Origin: Pseudomonadales bacterium
GTDB taxonomy: Bacteria; Pseudomonadota; Gammaproteobacteria; Pseudomonadales; UBA7239
Reading direction: 5' to 3'
Assembly: GCA_046347205.1 (NCBI GenBank)
Contig: JAXMGN010000002.1
Location: 222,224 to 286,223, forward strand
Length of the DNA stretch: 64,000 nucleotides
A program made the translations under genes and the position numbers. Of the stretch, positions 1 through 9,404 are shown in pieces; positions within the stretch are counted from its first letter, which is position 1; the number at the start of each line of letters is the position of its first letter. Below the pieces are notes generated by a model that did no database searches, was not told the origin of the DNA, and saw only the letters and a list, made by a program, of their open reading frames with translations.

Positions 1-264
1 GGAAGACCAATCCAAATCCACCGCAATATCGCGCGGTGCAGCAATGTGTACGCGCGCTGCGGCAATAAAGCCCGCTAACTCTTCGGCATTTTCTTCTTTC
101 ACGCGCAGCAACATCAAAAAAGCGCCAATCTGCATCGGCTCGGCTTCGCCGCGCAAAATCATACCAAAGGCGGCCTCGGCTTCTTCACGCGTCAGTGAAC
201 GCGCACCTTTTTTGCCTTTGCCGAGAATTTGAATGTATTGCGCGAAGGGGTGTTCACGGTTCAT
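1..264 (-). CDS. YbiB/TrpD2-like glycosyl transferase family 3 protein, N-terminal 88 codons only (gene runs off left edge)
   Basis: Minus-strand frame is open from ATG 264-262 to the window edge, so it has no stop and is absent from the ORF track. Translation is MNREHPFAQYIQILGKGKKGARSLTREEAEAAFGMILRGEAEPMQIGAFLMLLRVKEENAEELAGF... This resembles the N-terminal helical domain of anthranilate phosphoribosyltransferase-like YbiB proteins. Confidence 0.65.
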   Translation of the reverse strand, partial: MNREHPFAQYIQILGKGKKGARSLTREEAEAAFGMILRGEAEPMQIGAFLMLLRVKEENAEELAGFIAAARVHIAAPRDIAVDLDWSS

Positions 265-856
265 GTGTTTTGCTCGTTAAGTTGGCAATGGTGTTGCTAA
301 GGTGTTCATAAACGCCAGTGATATTTTGCAAGACATCATCATTGTTGTAGCGCAAAACCTGAATGCCGCAGGCATTGAGAAAGCGCGTGCGCTCCGCATC
401 ATATTCTTCGCGTTCAGCGTGGCTGTCGTCGTCAATTTCGATGGCTAACTGTAATGCAGCGCAATAAAAATCCAAGATATATCCGCCGATAGGTTTTTGT
501 CGCAAGAACTTGTAGTTGGAAAATTGGCGCAGGCGCAGTAATTGTTGCCAGATGTGTTTTTCTGCGGCTGTGGGATTTTTGCGATTTTCACGGGCGAGGG
601 TGGTGAGGTTTTTTTTGTAGGGGATGAAGGGCAAATCAATATCCAACCCCTCTTCATCCTTCCCACTGTGGAAAGACAACCCCTCCCTAACCCTCCCCTT
701 ATCAGGGGAGGGAATTGGCGCACCCTCCGATTTAGATTCAGAGGAGGCCGCTAACTTCCCCCCTGATAAGGGGGGATTGAGGGGGGTTAGGGTTTCTCCT
801 CTGATAAGGGGGGATTGAGGGGGGTTAGGGTTGGGTTTTCCGCTGTGTTTTGTCAT
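254..856 (-). CDS. DUF559 (Vsr-like endonuclease fold) domain protein with repeat-derived N-terminal region
   Basis: The C-terminal ~125 aa match the DUF559 pattern: AAEKHIWQQLLRLRQFSNYKFLRQKPIGGYILDFYCAALQLAIEIDDDSHAEREEYDAERTRFLNACGIQVLRYNNDDV. I chose the ATG at 856 because the longer ORF (to 1048) would overlap the ETF-QO gene and its terminator. The true start could be further downstream. Confidence 0.7.
   Translation of the reverse strand: MTKHSGKPNPNPPQSPLIRGETLTPLNPPLSGGKLAASSESKSEGAPIPSPDKGRVREGLSFHSGKDEEGLDIDLPFIPYKKNLTTLARENRKNPTAAEKHIWQQLLRLRQFSNYKFLRQKPIGGYILDFYCAALQLAIEIDDDSHAEREEYDAERTRFLNACGIQVLRYNNDDVLQNITGVYEHLSNTIANLTSKTHEP
680..713. repeat. Inverted, degenerate copy of the GC-rich palindromic element (ccctccccTTATCAggggaggg core)
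   Basis: The reverse complement reads tccctcccctgataaggggagggttagggagggg. It shares the CCCCTGATAAGGGG hairpin core and the GGGTTAGGG tail with the two direct copies at 763-792 and 801-830. Confidence 0.75.
763..792. repeat. Direct copy 1 of 30-bp element ctgataaggggggattgaggggggttaggg
   Basis: Identical 30-mer to 801-830. The preceding C6 (758-763) pairs with G6 (770-775) around a TGATAA loop. Confidence 0.9.
801..830. repeat. Direct copy 2 of 30-bp element ctgataaggggggattgaggggggttaggg
   Basis: Perfect repeat of 763-792 at a 38-bp offset. The offset is not a multiple of 3, so the two copies are translated in different frames of the DUF559 ORF. Confidence 0.9.
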
Positions 857-882
857 AAAAAACAGGCCGCGTGTGCGGCCTG
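857..882 (-). terminator. Rho-independent terminator of the ETF-QO gene
   Basis: The minus strand reads caggccgc-acac-gcggcctg followed by tttttt. It lies 9 nt after the ETF-QO stop. Confidence 0.85.
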
Positions 883-890
883 AGTGTGTG

Positions 891-2534
891 TTACATGTTC
901 GGGTAATTCGGCCCGCCGGCACCTTCCGGTGTGACCCAATTGATGTTTTGCGCGGGGTCTTTGATGTCGCAAGTTTTGCAGTGCACGCAATTTTGCCCGT
1001 TGATTTTGAATTGCGCTTTGCCATCCAGCTCCACCACTTCATACACACCAGCAGGGCAGTAACGCTGCGCGGGTTCGTCGTACAGCGGCAAGTTGCGGCT
1101 GATGGGGATGGAAGGATCGGTCAAGCGCAAATGGCAAGGCTGATTTTCTTCGTGGTTGGTGTTGGATAAAAACACCGAAGATAGGCGATCAAATGTGAGT
1201 GTGTTATCCGGTTTGGGATACACAATTTTTGCGCACTCGTTAGCGGGTTTGAGTTGTGCGTAATCTGGTTTTGGATCGCACATCGTCCACGGCAAATTGC
1301 CGTTGAAAATGTTGATGTCAAAAAACGCATAAGCCGAGCCGATGATGTTGCCGAATTTGTGTTGCGCGGGGCCGAAGTTGCGCTGCATCCACAATTCTTG
1401 ATACGCCCAAGACGCTTCGTAGTTCTTGGTGTATTCCGTGAGTTCTTCGCCAGTTTTGCCAGCGGCTAATGCGGCGTTGATGGTTTCTGCTGCAATCATG
1501 CCGGATTTCATCGCCGTGTGATTGCCTTTGATTTTGGCGAAGTTCAGCGTGCCTGCGTCATCGCCGATCAGAATGCCGCCAGGGAAAGTCATTTTTGGTT
1601 GCGATTGCAGGCCGCCCTTGGTAATGGCGCGCGCGCCGTAGCAAGTGCGTTTGCCGCCTTCGAGATATTGGCGAATCACCGGATGGGTTTTGTAGCGCTG
1701 AAACTCTTCAAACGGGCTGACATGCGGGTTGGAGTAGGAGAGGTCAGTAATCAAACCCACCGCCACTTGGTTGTTTTCCAAGTGATAGAGGAAGCCGCCG
1801 CCCGCAGAGCCGCTTTCAGTCAACGGCCAACCCGCGCTGTGTACCACCAAACCTTGTTGGTGTTTATCCGCAGGCACTTCCCAAATTTCTTTGATGCCGA
1901 TGCCGTAGTGTTGTGGGTCTTTGCCAGCATCCAATTTGAATTTGCTGATCAGTTGCTTGCCGAGGTGACCGCGACAGCCTTCGGCAAACAGGGTGTATTT
2001 GCCATGCAGTTCCATGCCTGGGGTGTAGCCGTCAGTCGGTTGACCGTTGTGGTCTACGCCCATATCGCCGGTGATGATGCCTTTTACTGCACCGTTTTCG
2101 TGATACAGCACTTCGGCGGCAGCGAAGCCGGGGAAGATTTCCACGCCCAAGGCTTCGGCTTGCTCGGCCAGCCAGCGGCACAGACGGCCGAGGCTGATGA
2201 TGTAGTTGCCTTCGTTGTGCATGGTTTTCGGCACGGCAAAGCCCGGCACTTTGATGCCCTTGCTGTCGTTCAGCATCATGTAAATGTCGTCGCCTTTTAC
2301 TGCGGTTTCCAGCGGTGCGCCATCGGCTTTCCAGTTGGGGAACAGCTCGTTCAATGCTCTGGGTTCAAACACTGCACCAGAGAGAATATGCGCGCCCACT
2401 TCGGAGCCTTTTTCCACCACCACCACAGACAGTTCGGGGTTCAGTTGACGCAGACGGCAAGCAGCAGACAGACCAGCAGGGCCTGCGCCGACGATCACGA
2501 CATCAAATTCCATGGATTCTCTTTCAACGGTCAT
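891..2534 (-). CDS. Electron transfer flavoprotein-ubiquinone oxidoreductase (ETF-QO)
   Basis: 547-aa ORF with an N-terminal FAD fold (FDVVIVGAGPAGLSAA). The C-terminal ferredoxin-like cluster motif is CVHCKTCDIKDP, and the end ...NINWVTPEGAGGPNYPNM is typical of ETF-QO. Confidence 0.95.
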   Translation of the reverse strand: MTVERESMEFDVVIVGAGPAGLSAACRLRQLNPELSVVVVEKGSEVGAHILSGAVFEPRALNELFPNWKADGAPLETAVKGDDIYMMLNDSKGIKVPGFAVPKTMHNEGNYIISLGRLCRWLAEQAEALGVEIFPGFAAAEVLYHENGAVKGIITGDMGVDHNGQPTDGYTPGMELHGKYTLFAEGCRGHLGKQLISKFKLDAGKDPQHYGIGIKEIWEVPADKHQQGLVVHSAGWPLTESGSAGGGFLYHLENNQVAVGLITDLSYSNPHVSPFEEFQRYKTHPVIRQYLEGGKRTCYGARAITKGGLQSQPKMTFPGGILIGDDAGTLNFAKIKGNHTAMKSGMIAAETINAALAAGKTGEELTEYTKNYEASWAYQELWMQRNFGPAQHKFGNIIGSAYAFFDINIFNGNLPWTMCDPKPDYAQLKPANECAKIVYPKPDNTLTFDRLSSVFLSNTNHEENQPCHLRLTDPSIPISRNLPLYDEPAQRYCPAGVYEVVELDGKAQFKINGQNCVHCKTCDIKDPAQNINWVTPEGAGGPNYPNM

Positions 2535-2678
2535 TGGATGAACCTCGGGGTGAAATAAAAAAGGGGTTGAGAAAGGACGCTCATTTTAGCGGTATCAGAA
2601 GGGTGATAGAAGTCCCTATAAATTTAGAGCAAGCAGGGTAGAATGAAATCGAGATCTCATTGCAAAGAGCATTAGAAG

Positions 2679-3071
2679 GTGGATTTGATGAAGCGTATTG
2701 CATGCAGCCAGCCGCATTTGGGCAACGGTGCAGACAGTAACGAAATTGAGCACGAGAGTGCGGGTACGGCGCTGGTTGAAAAGCAGAAACCGCGCTTGCA
2801 TAAGCCGCGTTTGTATCGTGTGGTGATGTTGAACGATGACTACACGCCGATGGAGTTTGTGGTGCAAGTGTTGGAAGTGTTCTTTCACATGAATCGCGAG
2901 CAGGCGACGCGCATTATGTTGAAAGTGCATGTTGAGGGGCGTGCGATCTGCGGTGTGTTTACGCGAGACATTGCAGAAACGAAAGCGGAGCAAATCAATC
3001 AATACGCTTCAGAAAATGAACACCCTTTGTTGTGTCAAATAGAACCCGACAGCAGCAAAGACGACGAATAA
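2679..3071 (+). CDS. clpS: ATP-dependent Clp protease adaptor ClpS
   Basis: The core [74 protein letters not shown] matches ClpS. The gene lies directly upstream of clpA. The start is GTG 2679, with ATG 2688 as an alternative. Confidence 0.93.
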   Translation: MDLMKRIACSQPHLGNGADSNEIEHESAGTALVEKQKPRLHKPRLYRVVMLNDDYTPMEFVVQVLEVFFHMNREQATRIMLKVHVEGRAICGVFTRDIAETKAEQINQYASENEHPLLCQIEPDSSKDDE

Positions 3072-3108
3072 GCAACAGTGACCAATAACCAGCGGTGAGG
3101 CCATCATC

Positions 3109-5385
3109 ATGTTAAGCAAAGATCTCGAAGTCACATTGAATCGCGCTTACAAGGATGCTCGAGCGAAACGCCACGAGTTTATGACCGTGGAGCACTTGTT
3201 GTTGGCCTTGTTAGATAACGAAGCGGCCACCGCTGTGCTGCGTGCCTGCTCCGCTGATTTCATCAAACTGCGTAAACACTTGGTGGATTTTATCAACAGC
3301 ACTACGCCGCTGCTGGTGGAGGGAGAAGCCGAGCGTGAAACACAGCCTACGCTCGGTTTTCAACGCGTATTACAGCGCGCGGTGTTTCATGTGCAATCGT
3401 CCGGCAAAACGGAAGTCACTGGTGCTAATGTGTTGGTGGCCATTTTTAGCGAGCAGGAAAGCCAAGCCGTTTATTATTTGCGCGAGCAGGGCATTGCGCG
3501 TATTGATGTGGTGAATTTTGTCACGCACGGCATTTCCAAAACCAGCAGCGGCGACGAACATTCATCAGAAAGCCGCGAGCAAGATTCAGACGCCGAAGTG
3601 CGCTCGGGTGATGAAAGTACAAGCAATAATCCACTGGAAGCCTATGCCACTAATTTGAACACGCTGGCAAAAGAAGGACGCATTGACCCGCTAGTAGGAC
3701 GCTTGCAGGAAGTGGAACGCGTTTCGCAAATTCTCATCCGCCGCCGCAAAAATAATCCGCTGTTGGTGGGTGAATCTGGCGTGGGAAAAACCGCTATTGC
3801 CGAAGGCTTGGCGCGTTTGATCGTCGATGGCGAAGTACCAGAAGTATTGTCCGGCTGCACAGTGTATTCCTTGGATTTAGGCTCACTCTTGGCCGGCACA
3901 AAATACCGTGGTGATTTTGAAAAACGCTTCAAATCGCTGTTGGCGGAATTGAAAAAACGCGAAGGTGCGATTTTATTTATCGACGAAATTCACACCATTA
4001 TCGGCGCGGGCGCAGCCTCCGGTGGGGTGATGGATGCGTCAAACTTGTTAAAACCGCTGCTCACATCCGGTGATTTGCGTTGCATTGGTTCCACCACCTT
4101 TCAAGAGTATCGCGGTATTTTTGATAAAGACCGCGCGCTATCGCGTCGCTTTCAAAAAGTGGATGTGGGCGAGCCTTCCGTTGAAGACACTTATCACATT
4201 CTGCGTGGCTTAAAACCGGCGTTTGAGAAACACCACAACTTGCGCTACACCGATGCGGCTTTGAAAGCGGCTGCGGAAATGGCGGAGCGTTATATCAATG
4301 ATCGCTTCTTGCCAGATAAGGCGATTGATGTGATCGACGAGGCGGGTGCGTATCAACAACTGCAACCGGTTTCCAAACGCAAACGCCAAATTGGCGTGCA
4401 CGATATTGAAGCGGTGGTGGCAAAAATTGCGCGCATCCCACCGAAACAAGTGTCCTCATCCGACAAAGAATTGCTGCGCGATTTGGATAAAAATTTGAAG
4501 ATGGTGGTGTTTGGGCAAGATGAAGCCATTGATACTTTAGCCACAGCAATTAAATTATCACGCGCCGGCTTAGGCTCGCCCGGAAAACCTATCGGTTCAT
4601 TTTTGTTTGCAGGACCTACGGGTGTCGGCAAAACCGAAGTTACGCGTCAACTCGCACAGCAAATGGGCATGGAGTTGATTCGTTTTGATATGTCGGAATA
4701 TCTGGAAGCGCACACGGTGTCGCGTTTAATCGGCGCGCCTCCGGGTTATGTCGGCTTCGATCAAGGCGGCTTGTTGACGGAAGCGGTGACCAAGCATCCA
4801 CACAGCGTGGTGTTGCTGGATGAAATTGAAAAAGCGCATCCCGATGTCTACAACTTGTTGTTGCAAGTGATGGATCACGGCACGCTGACCGACAACAACG
4901 GCCGCAAAGCCGATTTTCGCAATGTGATTTTAGTGATGACCACCAACGCCGGTGCGCGCGAAGTGAGTCGCGGCAGCATAGGTTTTACACAGCAAGATCA
5001 CAGCAGCGATGCCGGTGAAGCCTTGAAGCGCGTGTTCACGCCAGAGTTTCGTAATCGCTTGGATGCCATCGTGCAATTTGCACCACTGGAAAAAACCACC
5101 ATCAAAACCGTGGTGGACAAATTCTTGGTGGAATTGCAGGCGCAACTGGACGACAAAAAAGTCATGTTGGAGGTGGATGACGCCGCACGTGATTGGTTGG
5201 CGGACAACGGTTACGACAAAGCCATGGGCGCAAGACCGATGGCGCTGCTGATTAAAGATAAGTTGCGCAAACCGCTGGCAGAAGCCGTGTTGTTTGGCGA
5301 GTTGTCGAAGTCGGGCGGGCGTGTGGAAGTCACCGTGGAAAACGGCGAAGTGGTGTTGCATATCGAGGAGCTGACTCCGGCCTGA
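3109..5385 (+). CDS. clpA: ATP-dependent Clp protease ATP-binding subunit ClpA
   Basis: 758 aa with two AAA+ modules, Walker A GESGVGKT and GPTGVGKT. It has a Clp N-domain and clpS-clpA synteny. Confidence 0.97.
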   Translation: MLSKDLEVTLNRAYKDARAKRHEFMTVEHLLLALLDNEAATAVLRACSADFIKLRKHLVDFINSTTPLLVEGEAERETQPTLGFQRVLQRAVFHVQSSGKTEVTGANVLVAIFSEQESQAVYYLREQGIARIDVVNFVTHGISKTSSGDEHSSESREQDSDAEVRSGDESTSNNPLEAYATNLNTLAKEGRIDPLVGRLQEVERVSQILIRRRKNNPLLVGESGVGKTAIAEGLARLIVDGEVPEVLSGCTVYSLDLGSLLAGTKYRGDFEKRFKSLLAELKKREGAILFIDEIHTIIGAGAASGGVMDASNLLKPLLTSGDLRCIGSTTFQEYRGIFDKDRALSRRFQKVDVGEPSVEDTYHILRGLKPAFEKHHNLRYTDAALKAAAEMAERYINDRFLPDKAIDVIDEAGAYQQLQPVSKRKRQIGVHDIEAVVAKIARIPPKQVSSSDKELLRDLDKNLKMVVFGQDEAIDTLATAIKLSRAGLGSPGKPIGSFLFAGPTGVGKTEVTRQLAQQMGMELIRFDMSEYLEAHTVSRLIGAPPGYVGFDQGGLLTEAVTKHPHSVVLLDEIEKAHPDVYNLLLQVMDHGTLTDNNGRKADFRNVILVMTTNAGAREVSRGSIGFTQQDHSSDAGEALKRVFTPEFRNRLDAIVQFAPLEKTTIKTVVDKFLVELQAQLDDKKVMLEVDDAARDWLADNGYDKAMGARPMALLIKDKLRKPLAEAVLFGELSKSGGRVEVTVENGEVVLHIEELTPA

Positions 5386-5420
5386 GTCAGCTTCTGGTGT
5401 GCGTCCGAGCGAGGAGTTCC

Positions 5421-5639
5421 TCAGCGCGCGCGATAAGTGATGCGGCCTTTGCTCAAGTCGTAAGGCGTAATTTCTACTTTGACTTTATCGCCTGTCAGAA
5501 TGCGAATGTAATTTTTACGCATCTTGCCGGAAATATGTGCCATCACGGTGTGGCCGTTTTCCAGCTTCACTTTGAATGTTGTATTGGGAAGGGTGTCGAC
5601 CACCTCGCCTTCAAACTCAATACAGTCTTCTTTCGACAT
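5421..5639 (-). CDS. infA: Translation initiation factor IF-1
   Basis: 72 aa: [72 protein letters not shown], a canonical IF-1 sequence. It is convergent with clpA, as in many gammaproteobacteria. Confidence 0.98.
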   Translation of the reverse strand: MSKEDCIEFEGEVVDTLPNTTFKVKLENGHTVMAHISGKMRKNYIRILTGDKVKVEITPYDLSKGRITYRAR

Positions 5640-5763
5640 CTATAAACCTCATGGCTATTCACCGAATGACTCGCGGGCAGGGTGCCCAACGCAGCGGGCG
5701 GCATTTTGCCGTATGTATCGTGCTAAATCAAAGGAGGGATGGCATAATGCGCGCCCCTTTTCT

Positions 5764-5848
5764 GCGAAAGTGGCGAAATTGGTAGACGCACTGGATTTAG
5801 GTTCCAGCGGGGCAACCCGTGAGAGTTCGAGTCTCTCCTTTCGCACCA
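5764..5848 (+). tRNA. tRNA-Leu (anticodon UAG)
   Basis: 85 nt. The acceptor stem is GCGAAAG/CTTTCGC plus A-CCA. The anticodon stem-loop is ctgga-ttTAGgt-tccag. It has a long variable arm and a GTTCGAGTC T-loop. Confidence 0.93.
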
Positions 5849-5893
5849 ACCCCTTTTCTTCTAATAATCCTTGAACAATGAGGTTGATTGATC

Positions 5894-7219
5894 ATGCAAG
5901 TCTCGGTTGAAACCGTATCGATTCTAGAGCGCCGTATGACTGTCGGGCTGCCGGCCGCACATATTGATGCTGAAGTGGACAAGCGTCTGCAAAGTGCTGC
6001 GGGCAATGTGCGTTTGGACGGCTTTCGTCGCGGCAAAGTGCCTATGAAAGTGGTGCGCCAGCGTTTTGGTCAAGGTGTGCGCCAAGAAGTATTGGGCGAT
6101 TTGATTAACAAAGCCTATTTTGAAGCGGTGCAGCAAGAGAAGTTACAGCCTGCGGGTATGCCCTCTATAGAAGCCAAGCATGAGCCGGCAGAAGGCAGAG
6201 ATTTTGAGTTTGTCGCGACGTTTGAGATTTTTCCTGAAATTTCCATCGGTGATTTGAGTAAGGCTTCTGTTGTGCGCTTGGAAGGCACGGTTGCAGATGC
6301 GGATCTCGATAAAACGATAGATTCTTTGCGTCAGCAGCAGGCGCGTTTTGAAGTGGTGGAGCGCGCCGCGCAAAAAGACGACCAAGTGGTCATTGACTTT
6401 GAAGGCTTCAAAGGCGGCGAGCCGTTTGCTGGCGGCAAGGGTGAGAACACGCCGCTGACCTTGGGTTCTGGTCAGATGATCCCCGGCTTTGAAGATGGCA
6501 TCGTCGGCATGAAAGCCGGTGAAGAAAAAACGCTGGCGCTGGCCTTCCCCGATGACTACCACAGCGAAGAGCTGAAAGGTCAGGCGGTGGAGTTCAAGAT
6601 CAAGCTGCACAAAGTGTCTGAGAAAAAGTTGCCTGAGTTGAATGATGAGTTCTTCAAGCACTTTGGCGTAGAGACTGGTGGTCTTGAGGCCTTCCGTGCC
6701 GAAGTGACGAAGAACATGACGCGCGAAATGAAGAATGCCGCGCTGAACAAGTTGAAAACCAATGTGGTGGATGAACTTCTGAAATTACATGAGATTTTGG
6801 TGCCTAAGGCATTGATTGGCAACGAAATTAACGCCATGAGAAACCAGATGTTGCAACAATTTGGCGAAATGGCCAAGCAAATTGACGCTGCATCTATCTT
6901 CCCTGACGACATGTTTGCCGAGCAAGCGAAAAAACGTGTCACCACCGGTTTGATCTTTGCTGAAATCATCCGCCAGCACGACATCAAGGCCGATTCAGCG
7001 CGCGTGCGCAGCAAAGTGGAAGAGTTGGCCGAGGGTTATCGCGAGCCAAAAGAAGTGGTCGAGCATTACATGGCTAACAAGCAATTGCTGTCCGGCATCG
7101 AAAATATGGTGTTGGAAGATCTGGTGGTGGAACTGGTGTTGGGCAAGGCTGCGGTAGAAGATCGTAAGGTGAGCTATCAAGATGTGGTGAGTAAAGCGGA
7201 AGAATCTGACGGCGAGTGA
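5894..7219 (+). CDS. tig: Trigger factor
   Basis: The N-terminus MQVSVETVSILERRMTVGLP aligns with the E. coli Tig start MQVSVETT. An FKBP-type PPIase segment is present (VVIDFEGFKGGEPFAGGKGE). The ORF track start at 5888 is a TTG two codons upstream. Confidence 0.96.
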   Translation: MQVSVETVSILERRMTVGLPAAHIDAEVDKRLQSAAGNVRLDGFRRGKVPMKVVRQRFGQGVRQEVLGDLINKAYFEAVQQEKLQPAGMPSIEAKHEPAEGRDFEFVATFEIFPEISIGDLSKASVVRLEGTVADADLDKTIDSLRQQQARFEVVERAAQKDDQVVIDFEGFKGGEPFAGGKGENTPLTLGSGQMIPGFEDGIVGMKAGEEKTLALAFPDDYHSEELKGQAVEFKIKLHKVSEKKLPELNDEFFKHFGVETGGLEAFRAEVTKNMTREMKNAALNKLKTNVVDELLKLHEILVPKALIGNEINAMRNQMLQQFGEMAKQIDAASIFPDDMFAEQAKKRVTTGLIFAEIIRQHDIKADSARVRSKVEELAEGYREPKEVVEHYMANKQLLSGIENMVLEDLVVELVLGKAAVEDRKVSYQDVVSKAEESDGE

Positions 7220-7279
7220 TGAGTTCACCGGCGGACAAAGCTACACTGCAATGCGTATTGAGACACAGGAACAGACACG

Positions 7280-7912
7280 ATGAGCGACAGGATTATCCAA
7301 TCTCCCCAAAACGTAGGCTTGATTCCGATGGTGATCGAGCAGACCGCTCGTGGTGAGCGGTCTTTCGACATTTATTCGCGACTGCTCAAAGAGCGCGTGA
7401 TCTTCTTGGTGGGTCAAGTGGAAGACTACATGGCCAACTTGGTGGTGGCGCAGCTGCTGTTTTTGGAGGCGGAAAATCCCGACAAAGACATCCACCTGTA
7501 TATCAACTCCCCTGGTGGTTCGGTGACGGCGGGCATGTCGATCTACGACACCATGCAGTTCATTAAGCCGGATGTCAGCACCATGTGTATCGGACAAGCG
7601 TGCAGCATGGGTGCGTTCTTGTTGGCGGGTGGCGCCAAAGGCAAGCGTTACTGCTTGCCAAATGCGCGCACTATGATTCATCAGCCCAGCGGCGGCGCAC
7701 AGGGTCAGGCGACTGATATCCTCATTCATGCTGAGGAAATTATCAAAATTCGCCATCGCCTCAACGAAATTATGGCGTCGCACACCGGTCAGCCAGTGGA
7801 AACGATTGCCAAAGAAACGGAGCGTGACAACTTCATGAGCGCGGAGCAGTCGAAAGCGTTTGGTTTAATTGATGAGGTATTGGATCGCCGTGTACTCACA
7901 GCGGTGAAATAA
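7280..7912 (+). CDS. clpP: ATP-dependent Clp protease proteolytic subunit ClpP
   Basis: 210 aa with the motifs [29 protein letters not shown] (active-site Ser) and MIHQPSGG. It shows tig-clpP-clpX synteny. Confidence 0.98.
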   Translation: MSDRIIQSPQNVGLIPMVIEQTARGERSFDIYSRLLKERVIFLVGQVEDYMANLVVAQLLFLEAENPDKDIHLYINSPGGSVTAGMSIYDTMQFIKPDVSTMCIGQACSMGAFLLAGGAKGKRYCLPNARTMIHQPSGGAQGQATDILIHAEEIIKIRHRLNEIMASHTGQPVETIAKETERDNFMSAEQSKAFGLIDEVLDRRVLTAVK

Positions 7913-7995
7913 GAAAGAGTGCTGCCAAATAACGGCAGCGCTGCTATCATCAAAAAAGACAAGTTTATTAAAGCAAGGCGTGGTGGAGAGTTGAT

Positions 7996-9279
7996 ATGGC
8001 CAAAAGTAGCGACGACGGCAAACTGCTGTACTGCTCGTTCTGTGGCAAAAGTCAGCATGAAGTAAAGAAGCTGATTGCAGGTCCTTCGGTATTCATCTGT
8101 GATGAATGCGTGGATTTGTGCAATGACATTATTCGTGAAGAAATTCAAGAAAGTGCGACAGAATCTGGCAATGAAAGATTGCCTACTCCGCAAGAAATTA
8201 AAGAAACCTTAGACCAGTATGTTATCGGTCAGCAAAAGGCCAAAAAAGTTCTCGCGGTCGCGGTGTACAACCACTACAAACGCTTGCGTGCCGGCGGCAA
8301 CAAAAAAGAAGGCGAAGTTGAGCTGGGTAAAAGCAACATCTTGATGGTGGGGCCAACCGGCAGCGGCAAAACCCTGCTGGCGGAAACGCTGGCGCGTCTG
8401 CTGGATGTGCCGTTCACAATTGCGGATGCCACAACACTGACAGAAGCCGGTTATGTGGGCGAAGACGTAGAAAACATCATCCAAAAATTGCTGCAGAAGT
8501 GCGACTACGATGTAGAAAAAGCGCAGATCGGCATTGTTTACATTGACGAGATCGACAAGATTTCGCGCAAGTCAGACAACCCATCCATCACGCGTGATGT
8601 GTCCGGTGAAGGTGTGCAGCAGGCGCTGTTGAAGCTGATCGAAGGTACAGTCGCTTCTGTGCCACCGCAGGGCGGGCGCAAGCATCCACAGCAAGAATTT
8701 TTGCAGGTGGATACACGCAATATTCTGTTCATTTGCGGCGGTGCATTTGCCGGTTTGGATAAAGTAATACGCGACCGCTTTGAAAAAGGTGGCATCGGTT
8801 TCAGTGCGGAAATCAAAAGCAAAGACAGCAGCAAAAATGTGGGCGAGTCACTGCGCGAATTGGAGCCAGAAGATTTGGTGCGCTACGGTTTGATTCCTGA
8901 GTTCGTCGGCCGCTTGCCTATCATTGCCACGTTGGAAGAGCTGGACGAAGCGGCGTTAATCAGTATTTTGACCGAGCCGCGCAATGCCCTGACCAAACAA
9001 TACGGGCGTTTGTTCGAAATGGAAAATGTTGAAATTGATTTCCGTGAAGATGCCTTGCGCGCCGTGGCTAAGAAGGCGATGGAACGCAAAACGGGTGCGC
9101 GTGGTCTGCGCTCCATCCTTGAAAACGTGCTGCTAGACACCATGTACAAGCTGCCGTCTGAGAAAGATGTTTGCAAAGTGGTGATTGATGAGCCGGTGAT
9201 TCGCGGTGATTCTGAGCCGCTGCTGGTGTATCAATCGGTTGAGCCGCCAAAGTTAAGCAAAGCAGCATCTGACGAATAA
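7996..9279 (+). CDS. clpX: ATP-dependent Clp protease ATP-binding subunit ClpX
   Basis: The N-terminal zinc-binding domain is [27 protein letters not shown]. Walker A is GPTGSGKT and Walker B is IVYIDEIDK. Confidence 0.98.
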   Translation: MAKSSDDGKLLYCSFCGKSQHEVKKLIAGPSVFICDECVDLCNDIIREEIQESATESGNERLPTPQEIKETLDQYVIGQQKAKKVLAVAVYNHYKRLRAGGNKKEGEVELGKSNILMVGPTGSGKTLLAETLARLLDVPFTIADATTLTEAGYVGEDVENIIQKLLQKCDYDVEKAQIGIVYIDEIDKISRKSDNPSITRDVSGEGVQQALLKLIEGTVASVPPQGGRKHPQQEFLQVDTRNILFICGGAFAGLDKVIRDRFEKGGIGFSAEIKSKDSSKNVGESLRELEPEDLVRYGLIPEFVGRLPIIATLEELDEAALISILTEPRNALTKQYGRLFEMENVEIDFREDALRAVAKKAMERKTGARGLRSILENVLLDTMYKLPSEKDVCKVVIDEPVIRGDSEPLLVYQSVEPPKLSKAASDE

Positions 9280-9303
9280 TCACAGCCAGTTTGTGATGAA
9301 AAA

Positions 9304-9330
9304 GGCGGCCAGCAAGGTCGCCTTTTTTTT
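9304..9330 (+). terminator. Rho-independent terminator after clpX
   Basis: ggcggcc-agcaa-ggtcgcc (one G-U pair) followed by T8, 25 nt after the clpX stop. Confidence 0.8.
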
Positions 9331-9404
9331 GGCGCACGTTGCCGTTTGTAAGCTAGACTGCGTGTAAGGTTCGCTTGATTTGCTGTATGACTGTGGAGGA
9401 ATAA

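Noticed and set aside
254-1048. Full 264-aa version of the DUF559 ORF
   Set aside because: The first 64 codons would overlap the 3' end of ETF-QO and run through its rho-independent terminator. I used the ATG at 856 instead.
1518-2558. 346-aa plus-strand ORF
   Set aside because: It lies entirely antisense to the well-supported ETF-QO gene. Its product is a low-complexity Ala/Arg/His/Phe-rich translation typical of shadow ORFs opposite a GC3-rich gene, with no recognisable motif.
5371-5390. Hairpin ctgactc-cggcct-gagtcag spanning the clpA stop codon
   Set aside because: It could be a clpA/infA terminator, but it lacks a convincing U-run on either strand, so I did not call it.
5720-5748. Promoter for tRNA-Leu (gtgcta-17-cataat followed by gcgcgcccc)
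   Set aside because: The -10 element and the GC-rich discriminator are plausible and well placed ~15 nt before the tRNA. The -35 matches only 3 of 6 positions, so it is too weak to list as a feature.
9331-9404. Heat-shock (sigma32) promoter upstream of lon (and upstream of clpP, 7220-7279)
   Set aside because: I looked for CTTGAAA...CCCCATNT-like elements. Only weak partial matches exist (cttgatt without a CCCCAT box), so I call no promoter.
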